Shown piece after piece: positions 20,522 to 34,700 of a stretch of DNA of 64,000 nucleotides. The stretch is taken from the NCBI GenBank assembly GCA_905331295.1, contig CAJNYD010000012.1:186001-250000 (forward strand), written 5' to 3'. The stretch is from Rotaria socialis. Lineage: Eukaryota. Within the stretch, counting starts at the first letter, position 1; each line of letters opens with the position of its first letter. The position numbers and the translations under genes were made by a program. A model generated the notes under the pieces. The model was not told where the DNA came from, ran no database searches, and saw only the letters and a program-made list of their open reading frames with translations.

Positions 20522-21607
20522 AAAAATTCTCATTATCATAAATCTTTTCTTGTTGTGTTCTTTTTCTTCGCTTTTTTGCTGTGTGAAATAATTACGTTTG
20601 TAATAATAATAATAATAATAATAAATATGCAAGATCGAGAAAAACAAATCAGAATTTCTTTTTTCTATAGAAAAACAATAATAAATTCAAATGTATCTGT
20701 TGCGAATATCACCGACACCAATCAAAGTGTTCGTTTGAGAGTGTTGAAAAATTATTTCTTGTAAAATAAAGGAAAAAATTCAATTATTTAAAAAACTTTT
20801 TGTATGTCTTTTTTGCTTTCAAATCGATATAGATATCAATTGATCTAAAATTACTATTAGTCATTCTGTAGCAGAAATTTTCGTATAATTTTCAAGGCTT
20901 CAGCTATTTTTAGGCGAGATTATGTCTCCAAAGCATCATTATTATATCCCGAACTGCTAACTATTCAACATGCGTACATAATAAAAAAAAAGCTTTTCGG
21001 CGCAGTCCCGTTGGGGCTAAAATGTGGAACTCACATATTTAGGTCAGTTAGATACTGATAAACTCGAAGTTTTATTTTTTCAGTGTAGTGAGAACATATT
21101 TTGTTCAAAAATAAGATAATAAAACCTTTTTAACATTTGAAGTTTTATTGAATCTGTCAATAGGAAATATTACTAGAGACAACGTATAAAAAACTTTTTG
21201 TTTAGAATATGTCAGTATGTTGAAGTCTTTAGTGATTTCATTGAGAGATATTGTGAATGATAATAGTTAATTTAAACAGTATTTAGGATATAGCTATCAA
21301 TATTGTTGAGAAATTTATATATTTTCGTATTATCAGGTGAGAAATTGACACATGTTTTCATAAACGAAAATTTGATAAAAGCTTCCCAGTGGATGGACAA
21401 GTTGCGAATTGTAAATACACTAAAGTGGATTCAAGCTCTAGAATAAGGTATTTGTGTGAGAAAAAAAAAGATTAAAATCTTCATCTGTTTATTGTACGTG
21501 GTAGAAGTAACGAGTGTAATAGTAGCATAAACTAGTTGCTAGCTTCTGTAGCGGTAGCATACACTCGTTGCTAACGTCTGTAATCAGGGACTCCGATTAG
21601 AGGGGGG

Positions 21608-21707
21608 NNNNNNNNNNNNNNNNNNNNNNNNNNNNNNNNNNNNNNNNNNNNNNNNNNNNNNNNNNNNNNNNNNNNNNNNNNNNNNNNNNNNNNNNNNNNN
21701 NNNNNNN
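21608..21707. other. Assembly gap (100 N)
   Basis: Run of N preceded by a G tract. 100 N usually marks a gap of unknown size, so distance across it is uncertain. Confidence 0.99.
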
Positions 21708-22718
21708 CTAAGTTTTATTATTCGAATGTAGCCAATTACAAATAAGGAGGAATAAGTTATAATTGGTCATTTATAACTACAACGGATCGTAGGATGCGAT
21801 CACTAGGACGCAGTTACGTTGATCTGTGGCCCAGTAAGCGTAGTTTCTTATAGAAATCTTCGCTGCAATCAATGCGCCATAGTTACGCGTAACTCCGACG
21901 CAGAATTGGCTCTGCGCGTAACTGCGACACAGTTGATAAAAAAGCGGCGACATGGGGTAGTACAATTATGCTTGATTCAAAAATTGGAGGAATCTATATT
22001 CACTAAATACAGTGTACTATTTGGTATAGAATTTCAATTGCTATCTTTTGATTAAAGAGGATGTTTCAATCAAAGAAATAATAAAGAAAAACTTTTCAAG
22101 AATACTCATAGGTCAAATTATTCTGCGCAAACCGATATTACAACACAGATATGAGTGTAATAGATAAGCATTTAGAGTAAAGTAAACATTAGCGAATACT
22201 TGATGAGAGTTGTTGTAACCATATAGATTAGGGTCATTTTATTTGTGAAAAGTCAAAAGATCTCCATGCTTCAGTATGATGTCATTTACAATAATATTAT
22301 ACTCATTCTTTGAACGTTACGTCATAAGAAAACAACTTTTCTCTCTAAAAATTACACACAACGCGTTGCATCTGTCTTGTTATGAAAATCGGCTCCTTCT
22401 TTTTTTCCTTTATAGTCAATCAGAAGGAAAGAAAAAATGAAGCATACTACATCAAGCATTCGTCTGGGTATTTTTCACATTCTCTTCGTATTAACTGCCG
22501 TAACACGTGTTTTTACTGACATCTTTTTGTGATAAGAATTCTTCATAACAATATTTGCTACATGCACGAGTAATATTCAGCTTTTTTTTTGTTTTTTTTT
22601 TAACTTTCTGATGTATAAAATGTTTAAACTGTCAGTTAATTACAAGAGCTAGTACCAATGGGCATACTTTTGTGATTCCATTTCTAGATTTTTGTTTCAT
22701 CTGAAAGCAATCGATGAG

Positions 22719-25700
22719 ATGGGCTTCATAAAAAAGCTTTACGAGAAATTTGTCGGCCGAGAAAATTTGAGTGCCCCGTGTACTCTTGTTAGCCATGTTT
22801 TCGATGAAGATGATGAAGCTGAATTGTTCTTTGACTTGGTTTTGGCACGTTTTGAAAATTTTGATCAACAAAATAACGCGGTAGGAAACAAATCGTTCTC
22901 CAGTGATGTTGATTTCATTATTCAATGTACTATGGCAAGTCTGTCATCAACCGAACTGTGTAAAAAATTTCAGAATCGTATCGACTCCTATTTATATATT
23001 TATCGTCGAATCGAAGAATATATCGGAATAGTGAAACAATCAGCTTATTGGATACGAGGCTGGGAAAACGATGTTAAACAATTGAAAGAGAAATTATTGC
23101 AATCATTGTCTCGAGTGTTTATTGAAAGTAAAGGTCTACAACCGAATCTTTGTTTAAAAGACGAACAACAATTACGAAAAATAAATATTGTTCAGTACTT
23201 AATAGCAATGACAGAAATTGGTGCAAAAACAATTGACACATTTTTTGTTTTGATTAAATTATCATTTCAATCATCTATTGTGATCGATAAACATGATCGG
23301 CTACAATGGAAAATTATTATATCAAATATAAAATATTTTAAAATTTCCATACAGGAATTTATTTCTAACTATATTACTTACGAATTGGCATTCCGCGAGT
23401 TTTCACTTGATTTGCCGGGCTTCATTGAACTCATTCGGAAAAATCATCCGTCCAAACATTCTGAAGAATCGCCGTTTCTAATATTCTTACGCCTTTCCAA
23501 AGATTTAAATATCAAAACTGAAGAATTTTTTGATCAATATCGAACATTGTTTGAACGTGGTATTAAGGAAAAGTTTTATTGCTTTTCACACATCGGTGAT
23601 TTATTCACTATCATCGGTCGTCACGATCGCGTCTTTGATGTTTATTTCACAATTTATGCTAACAGTGTGGATCTCGATGATCTATGGACAATGTTCATGT
23701 ATCTAAGCACAAAGAGTGAACTGAATGATATAATTCAAAAACACCTTATTTCCAAACTTAGTATTCGTACAGCAGGTGCACCAATTGATAGTTTTCTACG
23801 TTACACAAAATTTGCAACAGAATGCATGACGAAAAAAATCAAACATGAATATCATCCACGTTTTCTGAGGATATTTGAAAATATATTCGAAGGTTTCATC
23901 GGCCATCAGTTGACTGACGAACGATATTCTTATCGTTTTTCTGAGTCAAATTTAAAAGAATTCTTAAAGATCAGTCTTGAAATGTCAACAAGTCATGATC
24001 TACAGCAACCATCTTGTTTGCTCATCGTTCGACGCTTGATATTTCAAAATAGTACTCGGCAATTGAATACAGCTGATAAAACCAAAGGTTTGTTTGAAAA
24101 ACTAAATGATTTTGATCAAAGTTTATGTGAGAAGAACAATCCCGCTGCTATTATTCAAGACGAATGGTTGCAAGACTATCTTCTACTTATTCCTGAAGAT
24201 TTTTTGCGTTATTTCAACGAAAATGTGTACAATTATTTGTGCAATAATCATTTAAATAATCGTTGGACACTTTATATTTGGAGAAGACTAATATATTTGA
24301 GCATTCTCAAATCAAAAGCTGAGAACACGAATGAAATACTTTTGAAAATGAACGAATGGATGCACATTGTCAAGCATGACAACTACAATATCAATGATAC
24401 TTTGACAATCATTTTGATTATCAATCTATTTGAACTTGTTATTGTCAAATATATAAAATCTGTTTTGTCACTTCCGAAGATCGATATTATCATGAATTTT
24501 ATTGTAAATGCCCGACAAGAACAACTACATCAAATGGATACCAAACAAGTAGATGAATTTATTCAAGGCGCTGAAAAATCAATTCAACAGATCTTACTAC
24601 TACAAGGTAAATTCTATCTCAATTTATAGATACTTATACTTTTCCTGTGATAAATCGCATTTAAATCTAGAAGAGATAAAAATTCATTCTTTGACTAGGT
24701 ACTTCGCAATTGTATTCTTCGTCAAACACTTTCTGTTATAGGTCCTTGCGAAAAATATCGTGATCAATCAAATTCAACAATATTATATTGCTTTATGCAG
24801 TACATGGATTTTAAAACAATCATTACATCCATTGATCCAAACCAATATAAATTTCCTCGTCCTACAGAACAGATTGAATTAATTGTATCACCTATACCAG
24901 AAGATATTTATATCACAGACATTAATATCAAGGAACAATATTTTCAACTATTCATTCAACAAGCGAATGAGTGGCTTCGATGGTTTGATAAATTTCTCTT
25001 AGTATTTTTGCATGTTGTCGAATGGTTGAAGAATTGGAATGTCATTGGAGCTGCTCAATTATTTAATGATATGCGTACAGCGCAAAGTAATTCATCAATC
25101 ACAATGATTCAAATGAAAACAACAGTTGAGAAAGCATTAAAACTACTTCGACCTTTTAATGATCTACAACGACTATGCCATCTACTCAATTGTTTAACAT
25201 CTTTTCAATTAATTGACTCTGGTACACAAGGCAATCAAATTATTTCTGAAAATTATATTCGTGAATTAAAACGATTTCAACCTAACAACTCATTCAAGGT
25301 AGATTCCAAAATGATTGCTAAATGCATAATTCCTATCAATGGTCGTCAAAATGTTCAATGGTGTATTGCTAGTGAGAAACTTGCATGTAATATAGAAATA
25401 AACTATCAAACCACTGACTTGAATGATTCTTCTAAATTTTTATGTCGCAAGGAAAAGGTTTCAATCGATAAATATGTTCTACAAGGAGAATATGAGACAC
25501 AAAGAGCTGGCCAGTTAATGATTCTCGTCAATAATGAAACATTTCCAGCTCCACGTACTATATGGTATCGGGTAATACAAACACCGTTATCAACTTCTCA
25601 TCTATTCCATGGTATATTCAATATGTTTTATCAACAATACTCTAAACAATCAATAAAAACAATTAAGGAGAGTGAATTGAGTAATTTGCTCGATAGAGTA

Positions 25701-28700
25701 TTTACATTTATTGATAACCTCTTGCATGGTACTGTAAGTTTAAAAGATATGGCTGATCTTAAAGCCGTATTTTGTGATAAAAACATTCATGTAAAAGAAG
25801 AAGTAAAGAAGCTCTTTAGTAAACGTTCTTCTGAAGAAGGAACAAAAAGAAAACGATCCACGATTGTTATTCGAACAACGATCGATCCCACTGAAAAAGA
25901 AATTGAGCAAGTTTGTGAATGGCTACAGATCTATCAATATTATAGTCATGTTAATATTATCATAAATTGCATTGAAACATTTGATATACTACCAATCGAT
26001 AATGATGATGAGTTGATCGGTCGACTCAAACGCTTGCGTGATGAAAACTGTTCGCTGAAAGAAATTACGCAAACGTACGAAATTGTAAAACGGCAATTTC
26101 AAAATTTATCGAGTCAACATTTACAATTAATTAAAACAGCACTCGAGTGTTCAAATGCTGTTCTAATGATGAAAAAGTATGATTTATATTCACCTCATGG
26201 ACGTCGTCGATTTCAAGAATTACGAGATAATTTAACAACACAATTTCAATTTCAAGAACGTAATAATATGATTCTGAATTCATGGATTATCGCCTATGCA
26301 TTGTGTGAGCCGTTCGTCCTCAAGGCTAATAATTTCGATGAGTTTCTTAATCGCATTGCTGGCTTATCGAAATTTGAAGAAAACTCTCTCAATCACATTC
26401 AAAGTAAGATAGTTATACATTCAACTAAATGACTAGAATAATGAGCTACTTTTTAAACTAAAATCTGACCCAAGCGAAAGACACGCTTGCGTAAACGCCC
26501 GTTTCAGTTAATATTTTCTGACGCGTAAATAAAATAAATTTTGTTTCTGAGAATCTTTATTTTTCAATCTATTAGTTGTCAATGAGAATGTACAAATTGT
26601 TAATATGTGGCTATCAGCAGAAGAAACAACAGTGTTAGATAATGCTCTTTTAACAATGGAGCATTTGTACAAAACCGGTAAAGTTCAGATACGTCTTAGA
26701 CATTTAATGAATGAACAATCTTATTTTGAAATCATCTATTCTATTGATAAATTGGGAACTGAACAGGTGCGAAGAGCTGATTCACAGGATGATGGCTATG
26801 AACAATATAATGATGAAGAACATAATCAACAAAAGTCTAAAACACTAAAATTTACATTGACAATGAGTGACATCGATGATCATAAACGCCAATTAACATT
26901 CTGTAATGTTGATTTACAAGAAAATATGATTTATAGAAAAATATTATTACAAGAACAATTAAAATTATTGAAAATTGTCGAAAAAATTTATTCTATACTT
27001 GTAAAATTAGAAATGACAGGTCATCCAGATTTTCAACTCAGAGAAGAAGACTATGAAATACATGACCGAACTGGTAAGAAATTTTAACAAAGAAAATAAA
27101 TATCGTTTTTGTTTTTTAATTAATAATTAGGCGAAATCGATACGATTCTTACGGATCTAAGAAAAGATCATCGCTTACGAGCGGATCGATTGAAACGTGT
27201 CGTAAAAACTCGCACAGAGAATTTAGAATCAATCTATCGCGCTTTAGAAACTGCTTATGATATATGGATAACAAATTTGGAAAGATTTAGACAGGACAGT
27301 CGTTTATTAAATTTATTCTCAAATCGTCAAATAATGATCCTTATTATTTTATTAACAACATCGACAACGCAAAATCAAATCAAATGTCATTTTCTGGAGA
27401 AATTATCACTATCAAAAGATATCATCAATCATAAGGGCAAGGAACAAAATCTGACCATTCAGTGTTTGATGCATTACTTACGCTCACTGAAAATACGTGA
27501 TTGTGAATTATCTGAAGCTCATGTATCACGTCTGCATGAAACATACAAAATTGCGTCAAATTCTAATGTTGAAATGAGTCTAAAAAAATTGTCCGAATTT
27601 CTGCGAGATTTGTTGAAAAATGGAAGAGAACTATTCAGAAAAAATCCATCAATCAATGAAAATCAACAGTATCTTGTAACACCAAATGCAATGAAACATG
27701 CAACGGATAAAATACCACTCGAGCATGATCTTGATATGGAAACTTGTTGTGTTCTATTGAGTCTATTCAATGATCGACTACCATCTGTCTATCAAATATT
27801 ATGGTGTTCGATTGCTACAGAAGATGATATACACTTGTTCTTCTTACGAGTACGAACATTTCATTGCATGGTATTTGCTGTGATGGAGATCGATAAAATG
27901 CATCATCGTCTTCGAGAATTATTATTAAACGAACAGGATACATTGACGCGACAAGAACAACCTCATGGGACCGTCTATTATTTTTCAAGAGAATTAACAA
28001 CAAATCGGAGAGGCCTAAGACCGTTTCATATCTTACTCAAACATCGAGATCCGAATCAAATTTATACGCAAATAGTTCGATTATTTGGAGAACACAATTA
28101 CACACAACCACAGATTCAAATCATATATGGAAAAGCTGGAATAGGTGAGTTCCGCTTTAGATTTGCGCAGGATTAAGCAAAAGTAGTATAGAAGATGTTC
28201 AGATTAGAGTTAGAATGATGTTCGTTGTGCCATAATTTTATGTTTGACTATCGTTGGAAATTAGAAAAATATTTTGTAATAACGAAATCTGAAATGTTAC
28301 GATAGTCAGCTAGAAAGTCCATCAGAAAGGACAGAATTAGGATCTTAAGTCAGTACCAGAGATGTCCATCGTGGGCGAGACTCTGCCACGCCGCTGCCAC
28401 GTTGGTTATCGATAAAAATCTGTCACTGACGCTGAGATGGCGAGAACGCTATTGCGCTGCCATGAGCACCTCTGGTTTATAAGGCAAGGTATAGAGTGCG
28501 AAAATGTCTTACAGTACAGCAATGTAGTTTATTTCATTCACTTATTTCTCATATCATTTTTTTTCTATTAGGAAAAACTCATTGCATTAATACAAAATAT
28601 AAAGATCAAGATACATCGTGTTTTAGTATTAATGATACACTAAATTTATCATCGTTGATTAGCTCATTCCTATTGTTTGATTCAAGAGGTCGAAACGAAA

Positions 28701-31700
28701 ATCCATCGGTTTCTTTCAATATATCAATTCATGCACCATTTGAAGATCTAAATCGTACTTTCTTGTCGCTTTTTGTTTGTGGATCATTGACTGATGCGAG
28801 TACTGGTCTCACATTTTCTCTACCAGAAAACAAACAATGGAAATTTGTTATTGAAATTCCTCATACAGACAAATATCATATGACAATCAAAGAAAATTTC
28901 GATAAAATTTTACCTTTGTTATCAATTATATCACCATATACATTAGAAGAAGTCACAGACGAAAATTATCAATTATTTATTAACCGAGAAGAAGAACTTG
29001 TTGCACGATTCTTAAAAGCCTATGAAAATCAAACAATCGATCGTCTCATGACAATAAGTCCAACTGGCAAAGACCAACCTGTAAAATTCGAAAAATTGAC
29101 AAATCGCGATGAATGTCGTCAGCAAATATACAACTGTATGACAAAATATGCTCGCGAAATACCAAGAAATAAAATTTCAGAACTCTCTTTCACTAAATTT
29201 TTATATCGTCGTATTCGATTTTTTAAAGGTCATTATTATCGACTTAACATAACTTCTCAGCATCTCGGTTCAACTGTTATGAAACAAATGATTAACGAAG
29301 CTAAGTTTCTTGCTCATATTGATTTTCGACATAATAATTATCCTCGTATTTATCTTGTTTTCGATCCCTATTTTGCCTTACATCTATTACACGATGATTG
29401 GAATAATGTTTCAAAAGACTTGAAGCAACTCTTCAACAACAAAAATCCATCACTGACAGACGATTTTAAGAACAAAGATTATTTTGCTAAATGTTTATCT
29501 TGGCTCATCGATATAAAGTATGATGATTTCATAAGAATAATGAATGAAACAAAATTTATTTTGACCGAAAATTTTGCTTATAAACTTTTTCATGTTCACG
29601 AACGAAAATTAACTAGACTACCATTAATTATCGAAGGTGATACTGGTGTTGGTAAAACATTTCTTCTTAAATTCTATTCATTATTATTGAATTCGAATGT
29701 AATCAATGGTCCAATACATGCCAATATTGCTTCCATAGATGACCATGCTGTTTCAGATGATGAAAATAGTGATTCAACAGATGATAATGATGTTCCAACA
29801 CATGCCAACATCGCTCCACACATTTTAGAACGCACTAGTCTGTGGTTATTGACAACTATCATAAATAATATTTTAAAAAGTGAACCGAATTTATTGAATG
29901 AATTTCTAAAACGAGTAAAACCAAAATTAATGGGACTTGATGACGAGCAAGTGGATCAACCAGAAGTGCCAAACCTCTACCATCAGTTTGTGCCACAATT
30001 TCAAGATACTGATGATGATGATGATAAAAATTTATCGAATGATATTCTCATCCCTCATGAACTACAGCGGGTTGTTCCAACTCCGATGGCACCAGAAGTT
30101 CGGCCAGCAGTACAAGTGATTGATCTTCCACTATTAGAAAAAATAAAAAGTTCATTAGGAAAGTTTGAATACAACAATGATAGTCTACTATATATTTGGA
30201 AAACGATTATGATTATTTCGAGTGAAAATGCAATGAATACGACTCAACAACTTATCATTGCATTGCACAAGCATGTTACAAGTCAATTAACTAGTTATCC
30301 ATTAGCTGAAGCCAGTTTTCAACTTCAAACTTTACTTACCGATTCCCACTCTCCAACTGTACAAAAGTCGATCGAGATTTTTAATGAATATCTAATGCAC
30401 ACACAAACTAAGCCATTATTTTATCGTCTATTATTACATCCAGGCGTAACTGAAGAACAACTCGAAAATTTTATGTCACCCATTCGTCAGTTAGCCCGAG
30501 AACTATCTCATGTCGAATTCGTTGTTTTTTTCGACGAAGTTAATACGGCATCATGTCTTGGTCTGTTCAAAGAGATGTTCATGGATCGAACATTACACGG
30601 ACACAGTCTACCGGAAAATATCTTCTTCACGGCTGCTATTAATCCGTCTATTAAATTAAGTGACGATACTGTTGTTCATCGACAAAATTATCTGGTGCAT
30701 CAATTGCCACAAGCATTGGAAAACTTAAAAGTTTCTTATGGAGCCTTAGAGCCGGCATCATTAAAAGAGTATATTGACAAAAAAATCGCCAAATTTCGTA
30801 TTAATTCTTTAAATAATAGTCAGAAAGTGATGCCATTAGAAGAATATGCCCGAGAAATGCTTGCTGAATCTATTCTTAATGCACAGCATTTCTGTGAAAA
30901 ATATCTCGGTAAATTATTCATTTTGTATTTGAAAATATTCCTAGCAATTTTTATCTGTACTAGGACAAAATTCTGTGTCCCAACGTGAAATTCAAAGATG
31001 CTTTAATTTAATTGAATTCTTTTGGCATATGCGATTTGATGATGAGATCGAAAATGACGGTAACTTGTATCAACCAAATCCTATCCGATGTATTGCATTA
31101 TCATTGGCTTTGATTTATTATTTTCGACTACCAACAGAAGAAGATAATGCACAACGAAATGATAAACAAACGCCAACACGTGAACAACTTGCTAAATTAC
31201 TTTCTCAAACTATACCAGATTTTGTTGATGTCATTCAAAATGAATTGGATAGATTTGTAAATAGTGACAATTTTGTAATTCCACATGCTGTTGCTATCAA
31301 TCAGGCTGTAAGTATTGAATTATATACTATTTTCATACTACTAAAATCTTTCTACTTTGAAGGTTCGCGAACATATATTCGCTATTGTTGTTAGTATCGT
31401 TACTCGAACACCATTGTGTATAATCGGTGCGCCAGGTTAGTAAAACTGTTGTGTATCAGCTGTAACTATGACGCTAAATATATATTTCATTCAAGGTCAA
31501 TCAAAAACATTATCATTTCAAATTGTTTTACAAAATTTGCAAGGTTCACAATTATCGATAAAACCATTTTGTAAACGTTTACCAGCTATTGATCCATTCT
31601 TTTGTCTCGGCTCGAAATATAGTCGCTCTGAAGATATTGCTTATATATTTGAACGAGCTCTTAAACGTGAGCAACAATACGAACAAAATCGCATGGATAC

Positions 31701-34700
31701 ACGTTGTGTAAGTGCTTTGTTTTGCAATTGGAGTAAATTAATATCTTTAAATTGTTTTTTTTTTCTTCTTCGTAGGTTGTTTTCTTAGACGAAGCGTCAT
31801 TACCCGATGAAAAGAAAATGGTACTTAAAGTTTTACATCCCTATTTAGATGAATGTAAAGTTGCATTTGTGGCTATTGCAAATAAATCATTTGATGCTGC
31901 TAATGCAAATAGAATGATTTGTGTTTATCGTTCATTGCCATCTAGAGATGATCAAAATATTTTAGCTTATGGTTGTCTTGGTCTAAAAATGAAAACTAGT
32001 GGCCAACAAGCAGTAGACAATCGTCTTGAAGCAATAATCAATGGTCTTTGTCAAGGATATCGTCGTATATTAGATACGCCGAGTGTTCCTCACATTTATC
32101 ATGATCGTGATTTTATTTATATGCTGCGAGAATTAAGATTCGAATTAACAACAACAACAACAGATGATCAAGAGACACGCGTCACTGGAATAACGCCACT
32201 AAGTCTTCTACGAGCATTAGAAGATAATTTCAATGGAGTTAAAAGAGATGAATTTGAAAAATTAGTTGAAATATTTTTTCAAGCTGTTCAAGAGCAATGT
32301 CCTGACTTTCGACTACCACCAAATCGTCGTAATGTACCGACTATTCTACGTGAATCAATGAAACTTGATTCACAACATCGCCGTCTTTATGGTCGTTATA
32401 AATTAATCATTGATGAATCCGAAGATGAAAGTGCTGTTCGTTTAATATCGCAAAATGGAATAGTAGATCTGGATCCTAATCGAACAACTGTTTTTCGAAT
32501 GTCAGATTTTGCCGATGATATTCATAATGAACTACGTAATGTTGAAATATTATCAACAATAAAATTATGTATGGAAACAGGTAAAACAATATTGATGGTC
32601 AATACAGGACGAATTCATGGTTCCCTGTATGATGTTTTTAATCAAAATTTTTCAATAATGGCTACTGGAGATATGAGAAAGATCTTTTCAAAAGTCGCCA
32701 TAGGTCCTAAAACAATTGATGTTGTTGTTCATGAAGATTTTCAATGTATTGTACATGTCAAACGAAGTGAATTCGCGACGATTCCAGCACCATTTCTAAG
32801 TCGTTTTCAAAAATATTCCTTGAGTGTCAACGATTTCTATCGAATTCAATTCGAACAACTTTCGATTAATGAACAGACAATTATGAAAAATGTAGAAGAA
32901 AAATTACAGATATTCATTCAACATTTTGGACGACAATATTTTTATGGATTAAATGAGAATACATTATACTCTTGTTTATTATCACTTATTAAAAAAAAAG
33001 AAAATGATCAAAGTTATTTTCTTAATACTTACCAACATTATTCACAATTAACCATTAGATCAAAACATTTTATTGAACAAAATCCAAGTGATATTCAATT
33101 GTGTGTGTTACGTTCGGTAATATCAAAATTGATTCAACTTGTTTCACCCGAATCAATTATTTTGAAATTACCAACTTTTGAAGATAAAATGGCACGATGG
33201 TTATGCACAAATTATTTTCATCAACAAGAGCATTTTCATATTGAGAATTTTATTCAACAATTAATATCAAATCCATCTCTGGGCCTTCAAAATGACGATT
33301 TATTAACCACAATGAATACAAATGTAAATACATTAAATGATATTGGTATTATAAGAAAAGTAATGATATTTACACGAACATCATCTTATATCGTTGGTCT
33401 CAATGAACAATCGAACTATGAACTATTTGGTGGTTTAGATGATAATGAATATTGTGACAAAATTGAAAATATTGATATACTAAATTTGGTCAGTTTTTCC
33501 TATAGACTGGCCAGGTTCACCATGAAAACACTAGTTTTCCCTTCGTGTGCACAATCCCTGTGGGACTAAAACAAGGGGAAAGCGGCGGACTTGAAGTAGA
33601 AAAGTAGTTGTGCAACTTTTATGTAACTTCAAGTAAATTTGAAGTCGAAAAATTCTTCGAAGTTTACCGCTGGAAGTAGCTCAAAGTTACTTCAAGTCCA
33701 AAAGCTCGGCGTTTCCCCTTTGGGTTAAAATATAAAACTGCTTTTCTGGAACCCGTCTACCACAGTCAGTGAGTCTTTGCACATTTTCTATTACGATCTG
33801 TGGTGACCTATGGAGCTTCTCTGACATGATCTGTGGGGCTCAAATGTCTACTCTATATACTTTAACACTCCTTTTAGTTTGTGTCTCACAAAAGATACGA
33901 CTACCAGTTGTCGAGTTAAGTCATATCAATAGTCTCCCCCCCACCCCACACACACCCTTCCACTCTTACTCTAATACATCTATAACAAATATATATCATT
34001 TAGGCTGTCATCGAAAATTCGATGGAACTCGAAGAAAAATTTCAAGTCTTTGAAAAACATGAAACGAAAAATGTTTTAATCGTTATTATCAATGCACGAA
34101 TCATTCAACAACGTTTACACATTCCATACGTACGACAATTAATTGATAAAACAGAATATTCGTGTAATGCACTCGATAGAAAACAAGATAAATATTTTCT
34201 TATGCTGGTACATTCGCCACCACAAGAACAATATCATCAGTCATCTTTTCCCTCCATTTTCTTGCACAGTTGGGACTTTTATTTCTTCGATAGTTGTGCA
34301 CCAGGTAGTGCATTTCATCTCCAAAAGATGTTACAAATTGTATCATCCTCTTTCGATCAACAACAAGAATCATTCGATAATGCTTTATGTGATTTAAATA
34401 TATTATTCGATGATTGCTTGTGGGACTTTTGTTCACGAATTCAAATAGGTTTACAAGAGTTACCACAAGATATGTTTAAGAATAGATTCGCTTTTGAATT
34501 CTACAAATCGCAAACAAGTACATTACGACGTGTACAATGTTTAAAACAGATTCTTCAACAATCACGACAATTACAAAATCACATTGTAACCATTTATCAT
34601 GATCATTCATCGAATAAAAAAGAATCCTCAAAAAAGATTTACAATTCAATTTATCAAATTTCTAAAGATATTGTTTGTGGCAAACGATTCGATGGTCTAG

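Noticed and set aside
21500..21960. Two ~33-bp tandem units and GC-rich gttacg/cgtaac motifs around the 100-N gap
   Set aside because: Probably transposon ends broken by the gap; termini cannot be defined. Not a CRISPR-like repeat-spacer array.
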